Origin: Promethearchaeia archaeon
Lineage (GTDB): Archaea; Asgardarchaeota; Lokiarchaeia; Sigyniarchaeales; SOKP01
Assembly: GCA_046497275.1 (NCBI GenBank)
Contig: JAWOFX010000108.1
Span: 1 to 23,080 of the forward strand
Direction: 5' to 3'
DNA: 23,080 nt
The notes under the pieces are model-generated. The model had not been told where the DNA came from, searched no databases, and worked only from the letters and a program-made list of their open reading frames with translations. Position 1 is the first letter of the stretch; each line of letters begins with the position of its first letter. Of this stretch, positions 15,389-23,080 are shown in pieces. The translations under genes were made by a program, and so were the position numbers.

Positions 15389-15718
15389 TTATTTATAATC
15401 TTCTCGTGAAGGATTAAATATATCAATTACTTGACTATCTTCAATAATTTCAGCACCATGTTTTTCTTCAGAATCAAAAACATAACTGTCACCTGTTTCT
15501 GCTATAAAACTCCCATCTTCTGTTAGAAATTTAATTTTACCTTTTATGACATATCCAATTTGATGCTCTTTATGATTGTGCAGAGGAATAATAGAGCCTT
15601 TTTCTAAATCAAAGAAACACATCATTACCTTTTCATTGTAAACCAAAGTTTTTCTATAAATACCATCTAATGCTTTAACTGTTTTAACATCTTTTTTATT
15701 CACAGGATTTTTTGACAT
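15389..15718 (-). CDS. Cupin domain protein
   Basis: Cupin motif 1 PLHNHKEHQIGYVIKG and motif 2 GDSYVFDSEEKHG. Confidence 0.88.
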   Translation of the reverse strand: MSKNPVNKKDVKTVKALDGIYRKTLVYNEKVMMCFFDLEKGSIIPLHNHKEHQIGYVIKGKIKFLTEDGSFIAETGDSYVFDSEEKHGAEIIEDSQVIDIFNPSREDYK

Positions 15719-15946
15719 TTTATTATAATATTTTCAGAAAATTCATAGTCTCGTTTTTTATTTAAATATACACATATTTTATGAATAAAAAATTTTTATG
15801 AAAAATCCCAAAAATATCGACATTTTTAAAAATAAATTGAAATAAAAGCGAAAACAGAAAAATTAATCATATTATCATTGAAAATGAAAGAGATTTATCT
15901 AAAATACTCAATTATCACATTAATATAATAGTTTAAATTTTAAAAC

Positions 15947-16045
15947 AACAATGTTTTATATTGTCGCGTATCATATATTATTTATAATATTATATTAATA
16001 AATCTAATAACCCAGTTACACAAACCGACAAAAATATCTATTGTC
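15947..16045. promoter_or_regulatory. Two RACAA-N9-TTGTC palindromic boxes upstream of nrdD (15947-15965, 16027-16045)
   Basis: AACAA-tgttttata-TTGTC and GACAA-aaatatcta-TTGTC, same spacer length, 80 bp apart. Confidence 0.4.
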
Positions 16046-16109
16046 TATGAGGTATTAAAGAATTATTTGCAATTCAAAAAAATTTATATAAATAAGGGAA
16101 GATAAAATA

Positions 16110-18224
16110 ATGGTTATTAAGCAAGAACTTTATGAAGATGGAAAAAAGCAACAGTTTCTAAAAAATTTACTACCCAGGGTATTTAGAACAGAAGGAGATT
16201 GGGAAAAATTTGATCCAAGTAAAATATTTAAAAATATTATTAAGGAAACAGGTTTAGATCCTAAATCTGCCGAAGAAATAACTGAATTTGTTGTTCGAAG
16301 AATAATCTCTTCAGGAATAAAATTTCTTTCCGGTCCACATATAAGAGAAATTGTATGTTCTGTTCTCTCTGAACATCACTATGAAAAAGAAAGAAAATAC
16401 TATACTCGAATTGGTATGCCTTTAATGGATTATGAGGAGATATTAAATAATGGAGATAATGAAAACGCAAATCAGGATATGAACCCAGAAAGCATTCACC
16501 ATTGGGCAGCGAATCGAATTTCTGAAGAATATGCCTTACTTCGTATCCTCAATTCTGAAGAGGCTCATGCTCATCTTTATGGTGATATTCACATTCATAT
16601 GTTGCGTTATTTTGATTTGCGTCCTTTTTGTCAGTCATGGGATGCTCGAATGATTTTAAAACATGGATTACCTCCAGTAAATAATTGGCCACATTGTAGT
16701 CGATCCGGACCGGCAGGTAGCCTTAGAGTTGCTGTGACTCATTTAGCAAAATGGTTGGGAATTATCCAAGGAGAATTTTCAGGAGGACAAGGTTATGATT
16801 ATATTACGACATTTTTAGCTCCATTTGCGAGAGGACTGAGCAATAGAGAAATTGAGCAAAGTATGCAGTGTTTTATTTTTGAGACCAACCAAATATTTGC
16901 AGCAAGAGGGGGACAAGTCCCTTTTACTTCGATCTCTTGTACACCGACTGTTCCAAACGGGCTTTTAAATATCCCTGCCATTGGTCCAAAAGGAAAAATA
17001 TTAGGATATTATGGAGATTATAAAAATGAGTGTCTGAAGCTATTTGATTCGCTTACAGATGTATATCTTCAAGGAGATCACAATGGAAAGCTTTTCGCCT
17101 TCCCTAAGCATGAGGTTAAGGTTAAAAAAGATTGGTTAAAAGAATTCGAATCTTCCTATTTAAAAGTGATGAAAGAAGCGGTAGAGATGGGTTCACCCTA
17201 TTTCTTAAATATGTGTCCTGACTGGATGCCCGATGAAATCCATAGTCAATGTTGTCGAAAATTTTTAAGAGGGGATGAAATTATAAGCAAATGTACAATG
17301 GATCCCGAGAAGCGAAAGAAAGGAGGTATCTGGGAGGATTATGTAACCATTGGTTCTCTCCAAAGTGTCAGTTTAAATCTACCTCGTTATGCTTATATAG
17401 CTAATAATGAAGATGAATATTTCGAAATCCTTGACGAAAAGATGGAGCTTTGTTCTCGAATTCTCATTAAAAAATGGCATTTAATGGAAAAGCGTCTAAA
17501 AACTGGGCATCTCCCCCTCTGTAGTGGTACTATTGACGGAAAGCCGATTTTTAAAATTGAAGACCAAAATCTTTCGATTGGATTTACAGGATTGAATGAA
17601 GCTGTTAAAAGTCTAACTCATAAAGAATTACATGAGAATAAAAGTGCTTATGATCTTGGAAAACGGATATTAAATTATATGGTTGCAAAATGTAACACAA
17701 TGTCCGAAAGAGATGGATATTCCTACTCTTTATGGGAACAACCCGCTGAATCTACAAGCAATCGTTTAGCAAAACTAGACTTGAAACATTTTCCGAATAA
17801 AGCAATCCCTCAATCCTCTGGTGATTCAGCTTACTATACTAATTCAAGCCACTTTAGATATGATGCAGATATTCCCTTATATGACAGAATTAAAAAGCAG
17901 GGCGATTATCATCCGATTGTGAGCGGAGGGGTTATTTCACATATATGGTTGGGAGAGCAGAAACCCGATATTAATGGATTATGGGAGCTTACGAAAAATA
18001 TTTGTTTAAATACCAACACAGCATACTTTGCCTATACAACTGATTTTACATATTGCCCACATTGTCAGAAGATGTTTCGAGGAGGGCAATGGGTCTGTCC
18101 CAGCTGTAGCTCAAAAGATGTGAAGGTATATTCTCGAATTACTGGATATTATAGCGAAGTGAATAGATATAATGAGGGAAAGAGAGCAGAATGGGAGAGT
18201 AGAAAAAGAGAAAATATCAACTAA
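16110..18224 (+). CDS. nrdD: Anaerobic (class III) ribonucleoside-triphosphate reductase with N-terminal ATP cone
   Basis: ATP cone, GDIHIH, FSGGQG, finger loop SQCCR, EQPAEST, YYTNS, Zn CPHC..CPSC and glycyl-radical loop RITGY (G679). Confidence 0.95.
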   Translation: MVIKQELYEDGKKQQFLKNLLPRVFRTEGDWEKFDPSKIFKNIIKETGLDPKSAEEITEFVVRRIISSGIKFLSGPHIREIVCSVLSEHHYEKERKYYTRIGMPLMDYEEILNNGDNENANQDMNPESIHHWAANRISEEYALLRILNSEEAHAHLYGDIHIHMLRYFDLRPFCQSWDARMILKHGLPPVNNWPHCSRSGPAGSLRVAVTHLAKWLGIIQGEFSGGQGYDYITTFLAPFARGLSNREIEQSMQCFIFETNQIFAARGGQVPFTSISCTPTVPNGLLNIPAIGPKGKILGYYGDYKNECLKLFDSLTDVYLQGDHNGKLFAFPKHEVKVKKDWLKEFESSYLKVMKEAVEMGSPYFLNMCPDWMPDEIHSQCCRKFLRGDEIISKCTMDPEKRKKGGIWEDYVTIGSLQSVSLNLPRYAYIANNEDEYFEILDEKMELCSRILIKKWHLMEKRLKTGHLPLCSGTIDGKPIFKIEDQNLSIGFTGLNEAVKSLTHKELHENKSAYDLGKRILNYMVAKCNTMSERDGYSYSLWEQPAESTSNRLAKLDLKHFPNKAIPQSSGDSAYYTNSSHFRYDADIPLYDRIKKQGDYHPIVSGGVISHIWLGEQKPDINGLWELTKNICLNTNTAYFAYTTDFTYCPHCQKMFRGGQWVCPSCSSKDVKVYSRITGYYSEVNRYNEGKRAEWESRKRENIN

Positions 18225-18298
18225 TTTTATTATTTTTCAAATTTTATTTTCATTTAGGAAATAAATATATAGATATAACTTTTTAATTTAAAAGAAAT

Positions 18299-18607
18299 AT
18301 GAATTCATTGAAAATTTTACAAAATGAAGTCGATAAATGGATAAAACGTCATGGTGGATATTGGTCACCTTTAGCTATGCTCGGAGCAGTGATGGAAGAA
18401 TTGGGAGAACTTTCAAGAGAGATCAACTTCAGAGAGGGATTCAAACCCAAAAAAGATAATATAAAAAAGCATTCCATAGGGGAAGAACTATCCGACACGA
18501 TATTTGCATTAATTTGCATAGCAAATCATTATAATATAGACTTACAAGAAGAATTTAATAAAATATTGAAAAAATATTCAGAAAGAGATGCTAATCGATT
18601 TATTTAA
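18299..18607 (+). CDS. MazG-like nucleotide pyrophosphohydrolase (YpjD-like)
   Basis: EELGELSREI..EELSD acidic motif, IANHYNIDL. Confidence 0.85.
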   Translation: MNSLKILQNEVDKWIKRHGGYWSPLAMLGAVMEELGELSREINFREGFKPKKDNIKKHSIGEELSDTIFALICIANHYNIDLQEEFNKILKKYSERDANRFI

Positions 18608-18783
18608 AAAATTTATAAACTTAAGATATAAACAATCTTTGTTAAAAAAAATTTTTGAAATATTGATGTAAGAGTTTTTAAAACTATTTGTTTCGATCAT
18701 TTCTTCTCTTTTTTTGGTAATGTTAATAAGACTTTACCTATAAAAAATGATATTAAGTATCATTAATTCTTAATTAAAGAAAC

Positions 18784-19962
18784 ATGTTAGATGAAGGACT
18801 AAATAAACGAGAAATACAGAGAATTTTAGAAAAAAAGTTATCTTCAGATTGCAGTTATAATTCAGGGTATATATTGGGTTCGATGTGTACCGATGCTCAT
18901 GAATTTGGAAAAAAGATCTATTGTAAATATATCAGTAAAAACTTAGGTGATCCAGGTCTTTTTCCCGGAACTGCAGAATTAGAAGATGAACTTGTCGGAG
19001 AAATTGGTGAATTATTTAATGGGAAAGATATTATCGGTTCATTTACAACAGGTGGATCCGAGGCAAATCTAATTGCTATGAGGATTGCTAAGAAATTACG
19101 TCCAGATATCGATGAGCCGAACGTTGTGTTGCCAGTTTCTGCTCATATGTCATTTGATAAAGCTGCTGATTTTTTGAATATTAAACTTAAAAAAGCTAAA
19201 TTAAAACCTAATTTTGAATTAGATATAGAACATTTCAAATCCCTAATAAACGAGAAAACTTGTGGTGTAGTAGGTATCGCGGGTACAACTTCACTTGGAT
19301 TAGTCGATCCAGTGAGTCAAATAGGAAAATATATTCATGAAAAGGACATTTTCTTTCATGTTGATGCTGCTTTTGGAGGATTTGTACTTCCTTTTTTAAA
19401 ATTTTTGGGGTATAATATCCCGCCATGGGATTTTTCTGTAGAACAAGTGGATTCTATTACAGCAGATCCACATAAAATGGGAATGGGAATAATTCCATCG
19501 GGAGGGTATTTCTTAAGAAATGAAAAAATTTTTGAGAGAACAGGATTTGAGATTCCGTATTTGGCAGGAGGGAATTTCAAGCATCTGCATATAGTAGGTA
19601 CTCGATCTGGAGGAACAGTAATCGGTTTTTGGGCCATTATGCAATATCTCGGGATTCATGGTTTTACAGAAGTAGTGAAAAAATGTATGGAAAATACAGA
19701 ATATTTATCGGAAAACATACGACAAATTGATGGCATTAAATTAGCTGCTGAACCAATGATGAATATTGTGGGAATAACAACAGAAAATGGAGAAAGTATT
19801 TGTGAACTTGATGAAGAGCTAAGGAAATTAAAATGGAAGCTTGGAAAATTTATGAAATTCAATTTAATACGTATTGTTATTATGCCACATGTGACACAAG
19901 CACATTTGAGTCATTTCATTCAAGATCTTAAAAAAGTTGTAAAGAAACTAAACCTTTCATAA
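18784..19962 (+). CDS. mfnA: Group II PLP-dependent decarboxylase, MfnA type (tyrosine/aspartate decarboxylase)
   Basis: ILGSMCT, NLGDPGLFPG, GGSEAN, HVDAAFGG, PLP-lysine motif DPHK, GTRSG. Confidence 0.88.
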   Translation: MLDEGLNKREIQRILEKKLSSDCSYNSGYILGSMCTDAHEFGKKIYCKYISKNLGDPGLFPGTAELEDELVGEIGELFNGKDIIGSFTTGGSEANLIAMRIAKKLRPDIDEPNVVLPVSAHMSFDKAADFLNIKLKKAKLKPNFELDIEHFKSLINEKTCGVVGIAGTTSLGLVDPVSQIGKYIHEKDIFFHVDAAFGGFVLPFLKFLGYNIPPWDFSVEQVDSITADPHKMGMGIIPSGGYFLRNEKIFERTGFEIPYLAGGNFKHLHIVGTRSGGTVIGFWAIMQYLGIHGFTEVVKKCMENTEYLSENIRQIDGIKLAAEPMMNIVGITTENGESICELDEELRKLKWKLGKFMKFNLIRIVIMPHVTQAHLSHFIQDLKKVVKKLNLS

Positions 19963-19970
19963 ATATTTAA

Positions 19971-20576
19971 TTAATTGATTAGATTATCCCAAGATTCAAT
20001 TTCGAGAGTTTTTACTTCCTTTCCAATAAGTTCAGATATACGATTTATCTTATTTAAAGTTAATTTATCAGCAATAGCATTTTTTTCATGTAAAAAAAAG
20101 AGATCTTTTTCAATCCAATTTTCATTCTCTAATTCTTCCCTTAATCTCTTACATTTTTGTTCAATACCTTTTAATGCGTGAATAGGTATGTTTGGATTTA
20201 CTTTTTTATAATCTTCTAGAAAAAACGGTCCTCCAGATACAATTATATTTCGTGGGTCAGCACCTAAATCTTTAAGTACTTTTTTAGCAGAATTTGATGT
20301 TACTAATATATAATTTCCCTCGGAAAAGACATTTATTATTTTATCCTTTTTTTCTTGGAAAGATTCCTCTTTATCTATTAAAATTTGTTTCTTTAAATAA
20401 TTAGAAAAAATCGGGTTGAGCTTATCGTATATATTCTTTAATAAGGAAAGAAATTGATCCTTAGTTCGATCATCTAAGTCGTAATCTGGGGTCGTCTCCC
20501 TAATAATTAGTTTGATATCAATTAAACGGTCAATTGTTTTTAATAAGTTATCAACATAATCTTTTTTGATCTTCAT
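19971..20576 (-). CDS. Conserved archaeal hypothetical protein, DUF2100-like
   Basis: LGADPRNIIVSGGP..EDYKKVNPNIP..ALKGIE resembles the DUF2100 family as recalled from methanogens; not verified by search. Confidence 0.55.
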   Translation of the reverse strand: MKIKKDYVDNLLKTIDRLIDIKLIIRETTPDYDLDDRTKDQFLSLLKNIYDKLNPIFSNYLKKQILIDKEESFQEKKDKIINVFSEGNYILVTSNSAKKVLKDLGADPRNIIVSGGPFFLEDYKKVNPNIPIHALKGIEQKCKRLREELENENWIEKDLFFLHEKNAIADKLTLNKINRISELIGKEVKTLEIESWDNLIN

Positions 20577-20758
20577 AGATTATTGAGATTAGCCAAAATT
20601 TAACATATATAATGAATAAAATTTTATTAATTTCAATATTTTTCATTAAAAAAAGAACTATTCCAAATGAGTCCAATCTCATAAAAATATTTAAACAGAA
20701 AATAACATTTAATATTTAGAAATTATTGATATCTTTAACAAATCATTATTAAGCAAGA

Positions 20759-21511
20759 ATGGGCAAAAAAAAAAAAACGAATCTTGGAATTAAAACTAGT
20801 CGATATTTTACTAAAAAGTGTTTTAATTGTGGATATGAATATCCAAATTGGTTTGTTTCTTGTCCAAAATGTGGTGCCTCCTGGGATGAAAGCTTAAGCC
20901 CTAAGGAAGCATCAATAAAGAAGAATGTAAAAATTTTAGCGAGGATTACCGAAGAGGATTTTGAAAAACCGATAGATAAAGTTAATCTCATTTTTAGTGG
21001 AGATTTTGGAAAGTCATGGTACAAAATAATGATGGAATTTGAATCTGATTATTATATGGCGCAAATCGCTGAAGTTCCAAAAGGAGCAAACATTATTTAT
21101 TATATAGAAGTTGAGTTAATTGATGGTGAAAAAATCATTGAAAATAATGAAGGTAAATTCTTCAATTATCAAGTAGGAAGCGTAGATGTAGAAGAGAAAT
21201 TACCCCCCCAAAAAGATTTAGAGGAAGAAATGAGTAAGGAGCAAAAAAACACCCCTCCTCCTCCGAAAACGTATTTTAAACCAGCTGAAAAAAAGGTTCC
21301 AGACACAATTTCAAAACCATCCATGGAGATAAACAAAAAGGCAAAGGAATATATTGAAGAACCTAAAGAGATTTCTCAAGGATCAGCAAGTTTTACCATC
21401 TTTGGAAACCCGCAGACGGAAAAAGAAACTGATCTAAAAATATGTCCTAATTGTAATTCAAAAATTAAAAATATGTGGAGCGTTTGCCCCATATGTGGTC
21501 ATAAATTTTAA
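20759..21511 (+). CDS. Zinc-ribbon protein: N-terminal Zn ribbon, beta-rich Ig-like middle, Pro-rich linker, C-terminal Zn ribbon
   Basis: CFNC-x10-CPKC and CPNC-x10-CPIC. The middle VNLIFSGDFGKSWYKIMM..YMAQI..IIYYIEV is an alternating beta-strand pattern. Confidence 0.75.
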   Translation: MGKKKKTNLGIKTSRYFTKKCFNCGYEYPNWFVSCPKCGASWDESLSPKEASIKKNVKILARITEEDFEKPIDKVNLIFSGDFGKSWYKIMMEFESDYYMAQIAEVPKGANIIYYIEVELIDGEKIIENNEGKFFNYQVGSVDVEEKLPPQKDLEEEMSKEQKNTPPPPKTYFKPAEKKVPDTISKPSMEINKKAKEYIEEPKEISQGSASFTIFGNPQTEKETDLKICPNCNSKIKNMWSVCPICGHKF

Positions 21512-21535
21512 AAGGAATAAAATTAAGTTCTGAAT

Positions 21536-23080
21536 TTATAATTTCGACCCACATTTATTGCAAAATGCATATTCTGAAGACAACCTTGCGCCACAATTTG
21601 AGCACGTGACCATTTTTGGTGCCTCCTCTTCTATTGCTTTGCTTGCTGAGGTTTCTTTAGTCATCTCTACGAAATCATTTGCTTCTTCCTCGATAGTTTC
21701 CGCATTAGGTATTATTCTTAATCCAGAATGTACTTCTTTAGATTCTTCGGATTGAGATGTTTTTGCTGAAGTTGAAAAGGGAATAAATGCTGGTTGGCTC
21801 CTCTCTTCTGATTTTGGACTCTTTCCTGAGAGTGAATCTAATAATGAAGGAACTTTTGGTTGTGATTCGAGTTCTTCTTCGGGTTTCTCAACTTCCTTTT
21901 TCTTTCTTCTTGAGAACAATCCAAAACCTTTTTTGGACTCTTTAATCTCAGGTTCTTTAGGCATATAATCGAAAAGAGATTCGGTTGATTTCGACTCGGG
22001 TTGAGATGACGCTGGTGGTGGGGATGCTTTAAATTTTTCTGGTCCTTCTGTTGGTGTTGGTGCTCTTGATGAGAATGGTATGCTTTTTGGCTTATAGGAT
22101 TCTGTAGCAGATTGTTTTGGCATTTGAGGAAGTGAAGATAATTCTGCAGCTTCTTGTTGAATATCATTATCTTCTGCCATAATTTGTTCAGGGGTTTTAA
22201 ACTCAAATTCGCTTGATTTTTCTGTTGGTTCAAATGAAGGCTCGGGAACCGGGATATCTGGTTCCACTTCTTGTTCGTTTGGTTCAAAGAAAATAGGCTC
22301 GGAAGCTTGGGATCTGGTTTCAGGGACTTCAGATTGAGATTGAGGGGGTTCTGCTTGTTCATATTGGTCTTCTGGCTCGAAAACTACGGACTCTGAAGCT
22401 TGGGACTCAGGGCGAGAGACTTCAGGCTGAGATTGAGGGGGTTCTGCTTGTTCATATTGCCCTTGAGGCTCAAAAAATACGGGCTCAGAAGCTTGGGATG
22501 GTTCTGGTTGTTGAACTTGGGGTTCTGGTTCTTGATATTGTGGTTCTGGCTCCGGTTCGGGGGGGGCTACATACTCAGGTTGAGTTGCAGTAGGTTGTTC
22601 CGGTATACTTGGTTCTTCATATTCCGTTACACTTGCCTCTTCAGGTGGAATTAGCGTTTCTTGTTGTGGAATTACTGGAATTTTGCCCGGAGAATAAATT
22701 GCATCTCCAAGTAATGTACCAGGAACTCCTTCCCCAATCATTAAGCAAGCTAACACAGAGAAACAATCTCCAACGTTATCACCTGTTTTTGCCGAAGTTT
22801 CCATGTAATACAAGTTGAAATCCCTCGTAAAATCATTGATCTCCTCTAAGGATATTGCTCTTTGATTTAATAAATCACTTTTATTTCCCACTAAGAGGAG
22901 CGGAATATCGGTTTGAACATTTGCACGTACTTCTTCGATCCATTGAGGTAAATGCTCAAAACTTGAAATAGAGGTCAAATCAAAAATGAGAAGTGCCCCT
23001 AACGCACCTCGATAATACATCGGACGAATTGAGCTGAAACGTTCTTGACCTCCTGTGTCCCATATTTGAAGTTTTGCCCT
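21536..23080 (-). CDS. Rab-like small GTPase with long acidic/Pro-rich tail and C-terminal zinc ribbon; 5' end truncated by window edge
   Basis: The frame stays open upstream of the ORF-track ATG to the window end and reads RAKLQIWDTGGQERFSSIRP-MYYRGA (G3, RabF2-4). LIFDLT, G4 GNKSD, G5 ETSAK follow. G1/G2 lie outside the window. The protein ends CSNC-x10-CNKCGSKL. Confidence 0.92.
   Translation of the reverse strand, partial: RAKLQIWDTGGQERFSSIRPMYYRGALGALLIFDLTSISSFEHLPQWIEEVRANVQTDIPLLLVGNKSDLLNQRAISLEEINDFTRDFNLYYMETSAKTGDNVGDCFSVLACLMIGEGVPGTLLGDAIYSPGKIPVIPQQETLIPPEEASVTEYEEPSIPEQPTATQPEYVAPPEPEPEPQYQEPEPQVQQPEPSQASEPVFFEPQGQYEQAEPPQSQPEVSRPESQASESVVFEPEDQYEQAEPPQSQSEVPETRSQASEPIFFEPNEQEVEPDIPVPEPSFEPTEKSSEFEFKTPEQIMAEDNDIQQEAAELSSLPQMPKQSATESYKPKSIPFSSRAPTPTEGPEKFKASPPPASSQPESKSTESLFDYMPKEPEIKESKKGFGLFSRRKKKEVEKPEEELESQPKVPSLLDSLSGKSPKSEERSQPAFIPFSTSAKTSQSEESKEVHSGLRIIPNAETIEEEANDFVEMTKETSASKAIEEEAPKMVTCSNCGARLSSEYAFCNKCGSKL
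22281..22498 (-). repeat. In-frame 93-bp (31-aa) tandem repeat, ~2.3 copies
   Basis: GAAGCTTGGGA at 22302, 22395 and 22488 (period 93). A 32-nt block is identical at 22335-22366 and 22428-22459. Units SQASEPVFFEPQGQYEQAEPPQSQPEVSRPE / SQASESVVFEPEDQYEQAEPPQSQSEVPETR / SQASEPIFFEP. Confidence 0.93.

Noticed and set aside
15947-16045. Canonical NrdR boxes
   Set aside because: Spacing is ACA-N11-TGT rather than ACA-N10-TGT; kept only as an unknown-regulator candidate.
21838-22362. 174-aa same-strand alternative-frame ORF inside the GTPase tail
   Set aside because: N/L/K/Q-rich composition is what a shifted reading of GAA/CCA/CAA-rich codons gives; no independent start signals or motifs.
22281-22498. 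Possible CRISPR array
   Set aside because: The repeat is in-frame coding, the inter-repeat segments are homologous rather than unique spacers, and there are no cas genes.
503-22818. Remaining short ORFs nested in or antisense to annotated genes (e.g. 503-709, 4702-4887, 12639-12821, 13368-13550, 16261-16470, 16799-16981, 19235-19862, 19975-20181, 20749-21024, 21558-21755, 22400-22654, 22609-22818)
   Set aside because: All overlap longer, motif-supported CDSs and show no recognisable features.
137-23080. Selenocysteine/pyrrolysine readthrough or programmed frameshifts
   Set aside because: All recognised proteins appear full length at their first stop; no split domains or continuing homology past a stop was seen.

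Overview
Low-GC archaeal chromosome segment, most consistent with Asgard archaea (Lokiarchaeia-like). The assignment is inferred from a Roadblock/LC7-small GTPase fusion, a second strongly Rab-like GTPase, unsplit RpoB and an archaeal core gene set. It is mostly housekeeping: thiL, cbf5, an RsmC-like methyltransferase, rpoH-rpoB (no rpoA downstream), tfe, mbf1, pan, a stand-alone TGT-C2/PUA protein, nac, class III ribonucleotide reductase nrdD, a MazG-like pyrophosphohydrolase and mfnA, plus several hypothetical membrane and zinc-ribbon proteins. The ORF track misses two tRNA genes flanking thiL, tRNA-Thr(CGU) on the minus strand and tRNA-Lys(UUU) on the plus strand. Both are interrupted at the same non-canonical T-loop position (58/59) by 30-nt introns. 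The introns share only 12/30 bases but fold into the same hairpin in the same register, with five changed base pairs that all still pair. This is the strongest signal in the window and suggests an intron family that spread between tRNA genes. Other points of note: a Rab-like GTPase with a ~370-aa acidic/Pro-rich repeat-containing tail ending in a zinc ribbon, a possible AUU start for TFE, and a paired palindrome upstream of nrdD. No CRISPR, rRNA or mobile element was seen. All family assignments come from motif recognition, not database searches.
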